A DNA stretch of 64,000 nt from a virus: IMG/VR virus record IMGVR_UViG_3300025141_000029, positions 1 to 64,000 of that record. One strand, given 5' to 3'. The position numbers and the translations under genes are program-made. Within the stretch, counting starts at the first letter, position 1; the number at the start of each line of letters is the position of its first letter. Of this stretch, positions 25,712 to 36,125 are shown in pieces. The notes beneath the pieces were generated by a model that was not told the origin of the DNA, made no database searches, and worked only from the letters and a program-made list of their open reading frames with translations.

Positions 25712-26205
25712 TAGAAGCCGCCTCCGTTTTGTCCATTTAATGGGTGCTGCTTTTTTAGATCTGTGCTACCCAAGGCCCCTTCCCCTCGATTACTTATTGT
25801 AAGCCCTTGATTTTCATATAAATTCTGACCAATGCTTTTTCTAGGCCGGAAATGAACTACGGGTACTAAAATCAATTGTGCTATCTTGTCACCGTTGGCA
25901 ATGATTTGTATCTCTGAGCCAATATTATGAAGATCAATAAAAACTTCTCCATCGTAGCCCGAATCGATTATATGTGCCCCGACAACCAATGATCGCTTTG
26001 CTCCCATACTAGATCTATTACACACTTGTAACATGTAGCCATGCGGAATTCCAAAACGTAAACCAGTTGGAATCATTTTGTTTTGCCCGGGCTCAACTTG
26101 AACTGTTTCTGGCAATTGCGCATATATATCTAAACCTGCGTCAGATGGATTACCCCTCGTTGGTGTTTTAACGCCGATACCAGTTGTTGTATACTCAATT
26201 ATCAT
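25711..26205 (-). CDS. dut: Trimeric dUTPase
   Basis: AGLD, RSS, IDSGYDGE, GDKIAQ, RGEGALGST. Confidence 0.95.
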   Translation of the reverse strand: MIIEYTTTGIGVKTPTRGNPSDAGLDIYAQLPETVQVEPGQNKMIPTGLRFGIPHGYMLQVCNRSSMGAKRSLVVGAHIIDSGYDGEVFIDLHNIGSEIQIIANGDKIAQLILVPVVHFRPRKSIGQNLYENQGLTISNRGEGALGSTDLKKQHPLNGQNGGGF

Positions 26206-26489
26206 TCTTTACTCCTTGCGAATTCCTCAATAATGTTTTTTGCTTTTGTCCAACATCCAGGACAATAAAGATTCACTTTGTTTTCTTTTTTGCGAACTAC
26301 AACATTCCAACTTTGAACTTGTTCTTTGTTTTTTTTATCAAAAGGTTCTCTACAGGCTAGGCATTCGTCACCTAGTTTGTCAAACATGAACATTTTTTCT
26401 TCTAGTTCTTTTTGTGCTCGTTTCTGTTTAGCGCGCTTAATTTTTCTTTTTGCTCCACTCATAATATCAAGCTCCTTTTTGCTTGTCAA
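26202..26489 (-). CDS. Hypothetical Zn-ribbon protein
   Basis: CLAC and YCPGC pairs. Confidence 0.65.
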   Translation of the reverse strand: MTSKKELDIMSGAKRKIKRAKQKRAQKELEEKMFMFDKLGDECLACREPFDKKNKEQVQSWNVVVRKKENKVNLYCPGCWTKAKNIIEEFARSKE

Positions 26490-29400
26490 CCTAATAATAC
26501 TAATTTATTTCTATTTAGCCTCAAGCTAAATCCCCAATCTTCACTAAAGCTTAGTTGGGCACCATAAGGGCGATTCAAATGAATTAAATCTCTGCGAGGA
26601 TCAACACCCCAAACTCTAATGGTATTAACAGTTGAAGTACTATCGATAACCTTCAATATCCAGTATGGCTTATCATTTTTCGTCTTCTTGGCAATTTTTT
26701 CACGCGGAATAAACCAGGCTGCTCCAAGTTCTGGATCCCAATCGCCGAGCGCTGGAACCTCATATCGTTGTATTGCCGCCTTGACATCTTTCGAGAGAAC
26801 AATGTCAAAAGGAAAAATTCCCGTCAAATCTGATATATTATTAATCTTTTCCTCTCGCGAGAATTCGCGCTCCTCGTGAAACTCCTGAATATTGTCTTGT
26901 AGTTTCTTTTTGTTCTTCGGACGATTTTGAACGCAGGCCATCCAAAAGTGTTTCATTCCCGTAAATGTATCGTCAACAATTTTATCCAGCGCGCCGGAAC
27001 GACATAATACATCTAATGCTTTCTTGTTCAATTTGGAATAAGTAACTCCTTCTTTAAATAATAGATCTTCAGCATTTTCAAATGGACGATTATTGACAAT
27101 CTGCTTAATAGCCGCAACGCCTAAGCCCTTGATAGAACTCAAAGGTTGAACTAAGGTTTTACCATCATCGCTAATCTCCCAAGAAATTCCCGCAGAAGTA
27201 TTAATATCAATATCTGTTACATTGAAACCATACTGTTGCGCTAGAGAAATAGCCAATTCTTTACGTGATTCTGGTTCTTTATCCAAGAAAGCCGCAACCC
27301 AACATTCTGGATAATAATTTAGAAGCCAGGCACATTGATAAGATAAGAGACTATAAGCAACAGCATGAGACTTGTTAAAGCCATACCCACTAAAATACTC
27401 AAAATTTCTCCAGAGTTTATCGGCGGTGGCTCGATCAATTGACTTAGCAGAGCATCCTTCAATAAATCTTTTTCTGATTTGTTCTTTTTCTTCATTTCCT
27501 TTACCTGTACCTTTTTTTGTCAAAAGCTTTCGAAGCTTGTTGCCCTCATCAAGGCTGATTCCGTTGCCAAGCTTGTGTGCTAACAGCGCAATCTGCTCTT
27601 GAAAAATAAGAAACCCGGCGGTCTCTTGTGTAACTTCTTTTACTAGATCATTTACATATTGGATCTCAGAAGGATTTCGCTTTGCCTTTACATATGATCG
27701 ATCGACGTTAGCACTCAGGGGCCCTGGACGATAAATGGAAGTAATAGCAGAAATATCAATGATACTAGTAGGTTTTGCCGACTTACAAAAGCGCTGTGCA
27801 CCCTCATTTGTAAACTGGAATATCCCAATAAATTTACCCTTTTGAAAGATATTCTTGTAGACTTTCTGGTCATTTAAGTCAATCTTATCTGGATGTAAAT
27901 ATGTATTATAATATTTCTTAATGTCTTGATAAGTTGGATTCTCAACTCCTTTGTGGCGACGAAGAATATGTCCGACGCAAGATTGAATCATCTCAAGTGT
28001 TGAAAGGCCAAGCAAATCAAATTTAATGAAGCCCATAGGCTCCAGATGTCTTACATGTTGGCCCTCGGCCCACGGAGTTTGAATAACGCCACCTCTATTG
28101 ATTAGAGGCATGTGCTTGTCCAAATCTTCTCCAATAACAACACCGCCGGCATGTCGACTAACAGAACGCACCTGTCCATATAGAGCCTCAATATGAGTCT
28201 TGATATGAGGATACTTCTCCAAAAAGACCTTCAAAGAATCAGAATATTTCATTAGCTCTTCAAAATCTGGAATATATAAACCAGCTTTAATACCTTTTGC
28301 TGCTTTTGCTTTTGGAGTAGCTTCTTTGGCCATTCGACCAGTTACAATGTTTACTTCTGTGAAATCGACTCCATAAAACTTTGATATATCTTTAATTAAA
28401 GATCTCAGCTGAAGCGTATTAAAATTTGAGATAGGCACAACGTTGGTGTCTCCCCATTCCTTTGCCAAAATCTCTTTCAGCCCAAAGGCGTCACTGACAT
28501 CATAATCAATATCTGGATAATCTGTTGCGTCCGAGCGCAGAAAACGGCTAAAGAGGAGGCCGTGCTTAATAGGATCGACCTGTGTAATACCTAGAACGTA
28601 AGCTACAAGTGAGCCGGCCGCTGATCCGCGACCAGGACCTGAGAGCATATTCTCGTTCGCTTTATCTGCTATTGCTTTCATCGTAAGAAAGTACTTTGAA
28701 AAACCACGGTCAATAATGACATCTAGTTCGTGCCGTAGTCTTCCTGTATATACTTCATCGCCATCCAAATCAAGATTACGTAGCGCTGTGACAGAGATTT
28801 TTAGGAGTGCCTCATCTGCAGTTGCGCCCTCCGGAACAACAAAGCTTGGGAGGCGAACTGTGTCATCAGGCATAAAATCCTCAATACGCTCATTAGCAAT
28901 GTAATGAGTTTTCACTAGAGAATCATAAATCAAATCATCATCATAAATTACCTGACACTCCTCTGAGTACTTCTTGTACGATTCCCACATTTGATCGCCA
29001 TTTTTTGGATAGAGTTCCATTCCCATTTCATCGACATCAATAGGAAGTTCCGATGTTAACCATTCTGGCTTCTTTGGCCTGTTGAGATAACCCAGGCGCC
29101 TGTATAACTCACGATCCTTCCAGGCATCGCGAGTTGGGTAGTGACTATCAGCAGTTGAAATAAGCTCAATTCCAAATTCATCATGCATCTGGATGACATA
29201 CTCATTTAAAGTATGTTGTTCTGGGACATTATTCCACTGTAGTTCCCCATACCAACGATCTCCAAAAATAGATTGCATTGTGCTGGTTGTTTCGCGCATT
29301 GCGCCTAGGATAGCATCAGGTCCACTATCACGGTTATCCCAATAATTACCAGCGTACACGCCGCCCAAACAAGCAGACGAAGCGATAATTCCTTCATTAT

Positions 29401-29920
29401 ATTTCTCCAATAATTCATAATCAACACGAGGGTAACGATAAAAATGATCTCCCTGATGAGTTTCAGATACAATCTTAAAAATATTGTTGAGGCCGGTTTG
29501 ATTCTGTGCTAACAGCACTAAATGCCGGCGGGCCTTAATTAAATTACTCTTTTGTTTTGAGGCATTTTCATCTTCTGTTACCAGGCGGCCGTCATCTTTT
29601 TCAAGACCTTTCGCTGTCTTTTTATCGGTTTTAGCTTCTTCATAGGCCTCTTTCCATTTTGTGATAGAAGGCACAAAGTAGGCTTCAACACCAAAAATCG
29701 GTTTAAACTCTTTGCCTTCCGACTTCATCTTCTTGGCGTGTAAAACCTGATAGGATGTACCGTTCATGTTTCCGTGATCTGTTAACGCTAAAGCATTCGT
29801 ACCATTTTGATATGCAAAATCCATATGATCTTGCGGATATCCAAATCCATCAAATGGAGAGCCCACAACACTATGTGCATGTAGGCCTACAAAAGGAATG
29901 CTTGATTTTATTCGTTCCAT
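26486..29920 (-). CDS. dnaE: DNA polymerase III alpha subunit
   Basis: PHP LHAHS/LTDHG, GRGSAAGSLVAY, PDIDYD, HAGG, KFDLLGL, FNKSHA. Confidence 0.96.
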   Translation of the reverse strand: MERIKSSIPFVGLHAHSVVGSPFDGFGYPQDHMDFAYQNGTNALALTDHGNMNGTSYQVLHAKKMKSEGKEFKPIFGVEAYFVPSITKWKEAYEEAKTDKKTAKGLEKDDGRLVTEDENASKQKSNLIKARRHLVLLAQNQTGLNNIFKIVSETHQGDHFYRYPRVDYELLEKYNEGIIASSACLGGVYAGNYWDNRDSGPDAILGAMRETTSTMQSIFGDRWYGELQWNNVPEQHTLNEYVIQMHDEFGIELISTADSHYPTRDAWKDRELYRRLGYLNRPKKPEWLTSELPIDVDEMGMELYPKNGDQMWESYKKYSEECQVIYDDDLIYDSLVKTHYIANERIEDFMPDDTVRLPSFVVPEGATADEALLKISVTALRNLDLDGDEVYTGRLRHELDVIIDRGFSKYFLTMKAIADKANENMLSGPGRGSAAGSLVAYVLGITQVDPIKHGLLFSRFLRSDATDYPDIDYDVSDAFGLKEILAKEWGDTNVVPISNFNTLQLRSLIKDISKFYGVDFTEVNIVTGRMAKEATPKAKAAKGIKAGLYIPDFEELMKYSDSLKVFLEKYPHIKTHIEALYGQVRSVSRHAGGVVIGEDLDKHMPLINRGGVIQTPWAEGQHVRHLEPMGFIKFDLLGLSTLEMIQSCVGHILRRHKGVENPTYQDIKKYYNTYLHPDKIDLNDQKVYKNIFQKGKFIGIFQFTNEGAQRFCKSAKPTSIIDISAITSIYRPGPLSANVDRSYVKAKRNPSEIQYVNDLVKEVTQETAGFLIFQEQIALLAHKLGNGISLDEGNKLRKLLTKKGTGKGNEEKEQIRKRFIEGCSAKSIDRATADKLWRNFEYFSGYGFNKSHAVAYSLLSYQCAWLLNYYPECWVAAFLDKEPESRKELAISLAQQYGFNVTDIDINTSAGISWEISDDGKTLVQPLSSIKGLGVAAIKQIVNNRPFENAEDLLFKEGVTYSKLNKKALDVLCRSGALDKIVDDTFTGMKHFWMACVQNRPKNKKKLQDNIQEFHEEREFSREEKINNISDLTGIFPFDIVLSKDVKAAIQRYEVPALGDWDPELGAAWFIPREKIAKKTKNDKPYWILKVIDSTSTVNTIRVWGVDPRRDLIHLNRPYGAQLSFSEDWGFSLRLNRNKLVLLG

Positions 29921-29940
29921 AATACCCTCTCTGTTTCTAT

Positions 29941-29968
29941 ATTATAATAATGAAAAACTAAGAGTAAA
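29941..29968 (-). promoter_or_regulatory. sigma70-like promoter TTTACT-N16-TATAAT for dnaE
   Basis: Same 16-bp spacing. Confidence 0.6.
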
Positions 29969-30818
29969 GAGATAAATATCTTTCACCGCGATCATGAAGA
30001 AAGGTGATAATCGCTCCGGTACCTTTGTGAGTTTTAGCACACTGTTCAGCCGCCAAGATATTAGCACCGGAGCTAATGCCAACCAATAAGCCATTTGAGG
30101 ACAATTCTCTAGCCTTCTTCATCGCGTCGTCGGTCTTAATATAAACAATTTCATCAATAAAATCAGGATCTACTAGATAATCTCCGCCGTCTCCAATGCC
30201 CTGTATACCATGATTTAAGGCATCTTCGGCCGGCTTGACCTGTATGATCCTGAGATCTTTATTAATTCGCTTAAGGGCCCTTCCCACGCCCATTATGGTG
30301 CCTCCAGTTCCTGCACCGCAAATCAATACTTCTGGCTCTCTCTGGCGGTCGATAAAAACCTGTCTTATAATTTCACGAGCAGTTGTTTTTTCGTGACATT
30401 CGATGTTTAGTGGGTTCTCAAATTGATTTAGAGACCACCAATTGTTATTCTCTTGAACGGATCGATCCCTCAACGCAATTGCGCCTGGAAAATCATTAGG
30501 ACCAACTTCAATGATTTCTGCTCCATACAATCTCATGAGCTGTTTCCGCTCTGCAGACATGTTGGAGGGCATTATGATTTTTACTTTGTAGCCTTTTATA
30601 GCACCAAGCATAGCGAGAGCAATACCAGTGTTGCCGCTCGTTGCTTCAACCAAAACAGTGTTTTCATTAATTAAACCTTCTTTCTCGGCTTGAGATATTA
30701 TATATAGTACAATACGATCTTTAATACTTCCTGACAAATTAAAAGTTTCCAACTTAGCAAAAATATTAGACTTTAATTCAACTATTGGTGTGTTACCAAT
30801 AAGATCTTCAATGTTCAT
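29958..30818 (-). CDS. PLP-dependent cysteine synthase (CysK/CysM)
   Basis: IGNTP, SGSIKDR, EATSGNTG, GAGTGGT, IQGIG, GISSG. Confidence 0.93.
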   Translation of the reverse strand: MNIEDLIGNTPIVELKSNIFAKLETFNLSGSIKDRIVLYIISQAEKEGLINENTVLVEATSGNTGIALAMLGAIKGYKVKIIMPSNMSAERKQLMRLYGAEIIEVGPNDFPGAIALRDRSVQENNNWWSLNQFENPLNIECHEKTTAREIIRQVFIDRQREPEVLICGAGTGGTIMGVGRALKRINKDLRIIQVKPAEDALNHGIQGIGDGGDYLVDPDFIDEIVYIKTDDAMKKARELSSNGLLVGISSGANILAAEQCAKTHKGTGAIITFLHDRGERYLSLYS

Positions 30819-30827
30819 TTGGCCTCT

Positions 30828-31694
30828 TTAATCATCGACTCCAACAGGATTAATCTGGTTAGCTTTCAAAAGACTTCGTGGAATAGGATATTGCACTTTT
30901 CCTTCCGAAGATATATAGTCAGAATATAAATCCCAAGTATCTATTCTATGATATTTTTCGAGATCAAGATACACAACGTTGTCTGTGTCGATTGTATTAA
31001 AAATTTGATCTAAAGTAAAAAATCTATATGAATATCTTTCTTTTAAAGATAATTTTTCCCTTTGTTCATTTTTAAACAACCCAGTTGATTTTTCTCTTAC
31101 CTCGTCGATAAATTGCTGTAAATCTGATTGATTAAATGTGAACCCCAAGTATTCTCCATCCATAATAGTTTTATCACCGTAGCGATATAAAACTTTTTTA
31201 TTTTGTTTTGTAGATATTTTATCGCGGTGGGGACGAGGGAACCAATGCGGATATACGCCATAGGGAAAAGCCACATAAAATCGATGTGGTGTGAGCCAAG
31301 TACTTATTGCTCGACTTATCTTATCTGCTGTCTTGGCACCATATAAAATTGACCACCCATAACAATCTCTCTTGTTTTTATCTCTTGGGTGAATTGGAAC
31401 ATATTGAATTGGAATAAATTTCTTTTTTTTACTTTTTTCTCTATCAAAATGTCTGTAAACCCAAACAGGATCATTCACATATTCGCCTAGGCGATATCTT
31501 ATAAGCGGCTGCATATCATCATCACAAACAATCCAAATTGTCTCACAGCCGGCATATGCACACTCTAAAACAGCGCGCTCAATAGCAAGATAATCTTTCG
31601 CTATGGGCATCATACAATCATGCCATGGAAAATTAAAATCTAATTTTGGGCCGGCAACAGGAATAATACCAGCAAGATGAAATCCTGCACTCAT
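30828..31694 (-). CDS. Degenerate sugar nucleotidyltransferase-fold protein
   Basis: GIIPVAG...MMPI...AG.ETIWIV resembles the NTP_transferase N-terminus but lacks GxGxR. Confidence 0.55.
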   Translation of the reverse strand: MSAGFHLAGIIPVAGPKLDFNFPWHDCMMPIAKDYLAIERAVLECAYAGCETIWIVCDDDMQPLIRYRLGEYVNDPVWVYRHFDREKSKKKKFIPIQYVPIHPRDKNKRDCYGWSILYGAKTADKISRAISTWLTPHRFYVAFPYGVYPHWFPRPHRDKISTKQNKKVLYRYGDKTIMDGEYLGFTFNQSDLQQFIDEVREKSTGLFKNEQREKLSLKERYSYRFFTLDQIFNTIDTDNVVYLDLEKYHRIDTWDLYSDYISSEGKVQYPIPRSLLKANQINPVGVDD

Positions 31695-32413
31695 CTAAAC
31701 TCCCTGGTATCTAATATATAATTATCTCTTTTTTGTGTAATTTCTTCTTTAATTTTAAAGACTTGTCGCTCAATTAGTTCCATTTTAATTGGATACCAAT
31801 AAGTTTTCGTATGTTTTGTTCCCAAAATGCCCACTTCTTTCATTGTTGAAATAGTTTTTAGGCGCGCCATTGTTGAAGTATAATCAACATGATTCAGGTT
31901 TTCTTGTGAAATAAAAGATTGCGAAACACAATCTTTATACTTTGGCAAAGTAATTTTAGGAAAAAAATAGATCTTATTCACAAAGTCATCGTCAGTTTCT
32001 AATAACAAATGGTCATGGTTCGTACCTGATGTAACCCGAAACCAATCACACACACAATAGTTTTTAATGTTAATTCTAGAAAATGGAAAATTTTCGATAT
32101 TATCCTCATCAAAGAATTTGATATTTTTATAATTAACGACATATTTTCTAATTCCACAGAATACTTCTATTTCATTTTGGTTAATGCGAATAGAAGAAAT
32201 CTTATCTCCGAAAGGAACTAGGCCTCGCAAAGATAAATCAGAAACAATTTCTTGCCACTTTTCATGCTCAAGATCACCAGAATTAAGCTTCTTAAACTTA
32301 AAAAAGGCCGGCTCTTTGTTAAAAAGAACTGGCCAATTCATTTCTTGGGCCCACTTGACAGCAGATAGCGTAGTGCCTATTACTACGTTATCCCACACAA
32401 ATTCAGCAGCCAT
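31691..32413 (-). CDS. Hypothetical protein with degenerate Rossmann/FAD-like start
   Basis: DNVVIGTTLSA; likely start MAAEFVW. Confidence 0.5.
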   Translation of the reverse strand: MAAEFVWDNVVIGTTLSAVKWAQEMNWPVLFNKEPAFFKFKKLNSGDLEHEKWQEIVSDLSLRGLVPFGDKISSIRINQNEIEVFCGIRKYVVNYKNIKFFDEDNIENFPFSRINIKNYCVCDWFRVTSGTNHDHLLLETDDDFVNKIYFFPKITLPKYKDCVSQSFISQENLNHVDYTSTMARLKTISTMKEVGILGTKHTKTYWYPIKMELIERQVFKIKEEITQKRDNYILDTREFR

Positions 32414-32996
32414 TCGCCCTTTTAATTTTAATATTTTTGTACCAACGCTTAAGTATACGTAGATGATTGGGTGCTTGGCGACATCGACCACCTATTTTTT
32501 TAGAGCGTATACCAGTCACCCAGGCAGCTACCCAAATCTTAGCATCTGTTTTATAGCCACACTTGCGTTTAATTTTGGGTATTTGTTTTACAATATGTCC
32601 CATCCAGGCCCGGGCGGCTGCTCTTGGATCTGTTCTGTCTAATCCAGGATACATTTTTTTATAAATTGGCCACATCTGTAATATGCCAATGGCCATTGGT
32701 GTTTTTTTGTTTTTACTAAACTTTCTATCGCCCCTGGCTTTAGGATTATATGCGCTTTCCTGGCAGGCAGCTGCCAATATCATTCCTCTAAGTTCGGGGG
32801 GTACGCCAAATTCTTTTTCAATTTCAATTAATTCTCGTAATAATTTAATATCAACCTTTCCCGGATTGACACCCCGACAATTATGAATTGCTTCCTGAAG
32901 AACCTCATCATATGTTGGATATTCAACATTATATGTTTCTAAATAAGTCTCTGATGGAGGTATTGTAGCCAATACCAATAATAGTAAATAAGTCAT
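32403..32996 (-). CDS. SLT lytic transglycosylase with signal peptide
   Basis: QESAYNP.ARG, GILQM. Confidence 0.8.
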   Translation of the reverse strand: MTYLLLLVLATIPPSETYLETYNVEYPTYDEVLQEAIHNCRGVNPGKVDIKLLRELIEIEKEFGVPPELRGMILAAACQESAYNPKARGDRKFSKNKKTPMAIGILQMWPIYKKMYPGLDRTDPRAAARAWMGHIVKQIPKIKRKCGYKTDAKIWVAAWVTGIRSKKIGGRCRQAPNHLRILKRWYKNIKIKRANGC

Positions 32997-33694
32997 TTTA
33001 TTTTAATCTCCCTGTAGGCACTCACGGCGCATGGCCACAAATCAGTGACCATCTCTAGTAGTGCTGTGGCAACTTTTTGAATTTCCCACTGAGCGCCTTC
33101 GTGTGTTCTTAAGTCTATAAATTTAAATAGATTATTTAAATTACAAGTACCATAATATTCTGTATATAAGTTCTGTGGTAATACACCGCGAGCCTGTTCG
33201 CGGCAGATACCATTTTTAATAAGTTTGTTGTAAAGTTTCAACGATTTTTTGTGGTGACTCATCACTAGATATGATGCCAAACTTCCCCCGCAAATATCTT
33301 CAGGATCTATCATCGGATTCTGAATATCATCCTGGTTGCTGGCTTGCCTGTTTGACTGATGCTGTGTTCTGAACGCTTTTGGCTCGTAAAAACGAATATC
33401 TACATCGGTATAGCGACGGCTAATTTCATTATAGGACCAAGTCCTGTGGCGATGATGCTGGCTGCGGATAAACAAAGGTACCACAAACCTAAATGTAGCA
33501 ATGTTGTGTTCAAAGGTTGATGTATGTTTATGTTTAACCAAGTAGTTAATGAGTTTTTTGTCTTTTTCGTCAAGTTCATCTTTATGTTTTCCAAAGGAAA
33601 CGCGAGCAGAATTGACAATCGTAAGGTCAGAACCCATATGATCAACTAATTCTACTGCGCCTATTCCATCTCCGTAAAGTTCAATTCGTTTCAT
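32993..33694 (-). CDS. thyX: Flavin-dependent thymidylate synthase
   Basis: ARVS, HTSTFEH, RHR..SYNEISRRY, EQAR..LP, AQWEI. Confidence 0.95.
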   Translation of the reverse strand: MKRIELYGDGIGAVELVDHMGSDLTIVNSARVSFGKHKDELDEKDKKLINYLVKHKHTSTFEHNIATFRFVVPLFIRSQHHRHRTWSYNEISRRYTDVDIRFYEPKAFRTQHQSNRQASNQDDIQNPMIDPEDICGGSLASYLVMSHHKKSLKLYNKLIKNGICREQARGVLPQNLYTEYYGTCNLNNLFKFIDLRTHEGAQWEIQKVATALLEMVTDLWPCAVSAYREIKIK

Positions 33695-33959
33695 GAATAA
33701 TACCAAGTACATAGTTCTCTAAAAGAAGAAAAGACTCTTTTCCACCAAGAGCTACATTCTCAGTCATGCTTATTGAATATACTACAGTATCTCCTTCGCA
33801 AACATCAATATTACAATCTTTTGCTTTGCTGATTACAAGGGCGATTCCAAATGGATTTTGTTTCTTATAATCATCCGGCAATAAAATAGATGATTCTTCT
33901 AGTTCATCTTCTTCTAGGGGCTCAATTAGGAGATATCTGTTACAGGGTCTCAGCAGCAT
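33681..33959 (-). CDS. groES: Co-chaperonin GroES
   Basis: LRP.NR.LLIE...ILLP...V..GD.V.Y.....G....LL.E..VLG. Confidence 0.8.
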   Translation of the reverse strand: MLLRPCNRYLLIEPLEEDELEESSILLPDDYKKQNPFGIALVISKAKDCNIDVCEGDTVVYSISMTENVALGGKESFLLLENYVLGIIHETN

Positions 33960-33967
33960 TCTTTCTC

Positions 33968-34207
33968 CTAACTAATCTTTTTTTGTAGCTTGTCAAAAAT
34001 TTCGGTAAAATCATCAATATTTTCACCCTTCTTTAGCATTCGATAGGCGCGCAGACCCTGACTAATCTCTTGTTTTGATAGCCAGCCGTTCTCAACATAG
34101 TTCTTCTTAAGGTCCTTTTTGTGTTCCTTATAGGGCTCCATTTCCAGCTCGACGGCCTGAAAAGCCTTAAAATACTCAACCAAATAATCATTTGTTTCAT
34201 CAGACAT
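33968..34207 (-). CDS. Small DNA-binding protein, T4 DsbA/GapR-like
   Basis: Helical E.E...E..KDL......G pattern and size. Confidence 0.45.
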   Translation of the reverse strand: MSDETNDYLVEYFKAFQAVELEMEPYKEHKKDLKKNYVENGWLSKQEISQGLRAYRMLKKGENIDDFTEIFDKLQKKIS

Positions 34208-34233
34208 ATCTTCCTCCTTGATGTCTCGACTAT

Positions 34234-34261
34234 ATTATACGTACTATTTTTATGAAGTCAA
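34234..34261 (-). promoter_or_regulatory. sigma70-like promoter TTGACT-N16-TATAAT
   Basis: Near-consensus boxes, GGAGG downstream. Confidence 0.75.
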
Positions 34262-34268
34262 TACTTTT

Positions 34269-36125
34269 CTACATTATTTCGCAAGAACCACCAGAACAAG
34301 CTAATTCACCCTGCAGGTCAGTATTATCCTCAAGCTCAACGACTTGGGTTAAATCAATATCTTCCAAAGAATCATATAACACTTGGTATTTTTCTTTCGA
34401 ACACTCTTCAAATGGCGGTTGTACATAAGTGTGCTCTTCATAAGGTAACACCGAGAGACCGTTATAATAATCTCGATTTTCCCACATCCAATCGCCCACA
34501 TCAACCCATTCATCATTTCTTATTGAAAGGGTAGCAGAAATATTATGAGTATTTTGGCCACGTCGGGTGCCCGGGCGCACCCATTCATTCGTAACATATT
34601 TAATTCTCTTAAGAAGTTGGAGGGCGCTCTCTTTACGCGTGACTGCATTTTCAGGTGCCTTCTGAGGAACTGTGATAACCGCAGTATCGTGAGGCCTGAA
34701 ATATTCATCCTCTATCAACTCAGGGTGATGAATTAATAAGTGTGTATAGATTGATTCATTTTTTGCGACACGAATTCTTCGTAAATAATATTCGCTGTGC
34801 CACGGATGAATTCCACTGGAAGTTCCAAGAGCCAAAGAAGTTGTTCCGGCCGGCTTTACAGTTGTACAACGGGCCGCGCTTTTAATTCCGATCAACTTAG
34901 CAACTCTTGCATTTTCTCTTTTAACAACCGTTGCCGCCTTTTTCATATCAAGTTCTACAGCTTTTCCAGAGGCAATGCCAGTCATCGAAACACCAATGAG
35001 AGCCTCTTTTTCAGTTTGTTTCTGCCATATATCGCGAAGATAATGAAAATCTGTATACCCAGCCTGAAGAGTTCCAATTAAGGCAGCTGCTTTGGCCCTA
35101 TCTTCATATTCTTTTTGGGTCTCAAGATCCGAAGTATTCACCTCCGTTAAATTACAGAACTGATAGGGGCGCAAAGCTATTTCACAGCAAGGATTGGTAC
35201 CCCAATCTTTATCGTTGGAAAAATAAAAACCGGGTTCCCCGCAGCCACTGGCTTTTACTCGATCCCAAAGATCTATAAAATATTCTTTTGTAATTCTATG
35301 TCTGAGGAGAACTACTGAATTGTTGGCTCTCCCTCTTTGTGGGTTTTTTTCCCACCAGTTTCCGGTTTTGGCGGCGAGCATTTCATCATCATCAGCCGAA
35401 AAAAGTGATATAAGAGCAGCACGACGAATCCCCCCGGCAAGAACAGCATCAGCAATGTGACAAACAATATCGTGAACTTCAATAGGACGTAATTTATCAC
35501 CAGTCTCCTTTTCGGCTAGAATACCTTCAATTTTGACAAGACATTCGCGCAAAGGTTGCGGGCCAGGTGCCTTGCCGCCACTAGTAACTAGTGAGGCGCC
35601 CTTCGGACGGATATCAGAAAAATCAAATCTTAGCGGGGTACCTCCAAAAAAATAACTTTTTATTAAAGTCTTGATAGCATCGGCCCAGCCCTCAATTGAA
35701 TCGCCAATCAAATACCGTTTTGTTCTTTTCGATACAGGTTTTTGTATTTCAGGAAGCTTCTCAATATGGTGCTTTTGTACACTAAATCCAACACCAGTTC
35801 CCCCAAGTAAGAGAAACATTGTTTCACTGAAAGATAACCAATTATCAACAGGAAGGTAGGCACAATTATAAATACGGTTAGGAGCCACCTCGATAGGTTT
35901 ACCGCCAAATTGCATAGAGCGCATAGAAGGGAGGACTTTTTTGTTATAGACATATTCATAAGCATTTTTAATCTCCTCTTTGAGTTGAGGGTATTTCTTA
36001 AGGTGCATATTTTTATTTCGTGTAACTAGTTCTTTCCAGGTCTCACGACGATTTTTCTTCTTTAAATAACGCGCATATTTCATGTAAATTGTAATATCTG
36101 ATAAAATTTTTGATGATAGCTCCAT
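34269..36125 (-). CDS. nrdJ: Class II (B12-dependent, RTPR-type) ribonucleotide reductase
   Basis: NCA, GGTGVG, GGIRR.A, TNPCCEI, KPAGT, C-terminal CSGGSC; no nrdB nearby. Confidence 0.88.
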   Translation of the reverse strand: MELSSKILSDITIYMKYARYLKKKNRRETWKELVTRNKNMHLKKYPQLKEEIKNAYEYVYNKKVLPSMRSMQFGGKPIEVAPNRIYNCAYLPVDNWLSFSETMFLLLGGTGVGFSVQKHHIEKLPEIQKPVSKRTKRYLIGDSIEGWADAIKTLIKSYFFGGTPLRFDFSDIRPKGASLVTSGGKAPGPQPLRECLVKIEGILAEKETGDKLRPIEVHDIVCHIADAVLAGGIRRAALISLFSADDDEMLAAKTGNWWEKNPQRGRANNSVVLLRHRITKEYFIDLWDRVKASGCGEPGFYFSNDKDWGTNPCCEIALRPYQFCNLTEVNTSDLETQKEYEDRAKAAALIGTLQAGYTDFHYLRDIWQKQTEKEALIGVSMTGIASGKAVELDMKKAATVVKRENARVAKLIGIKSAARCTTVKPAGTTSLALGTSSGIHPWHSEYYLRRIRVAKNESIYTHLLIHHPELIEDEYFRPHDTAVITVPQKAPENAVTRKESALQLLKRIKYVTNEWVRPGTRRGQNTHNISATLSIRNDEWVDVGDWMWENRDYYNGLSVLPYEEHTYVQPPFEECSKEKYQVLYDSLEDIDLTQVVELEDNTDLQGELACSGGSCEIM

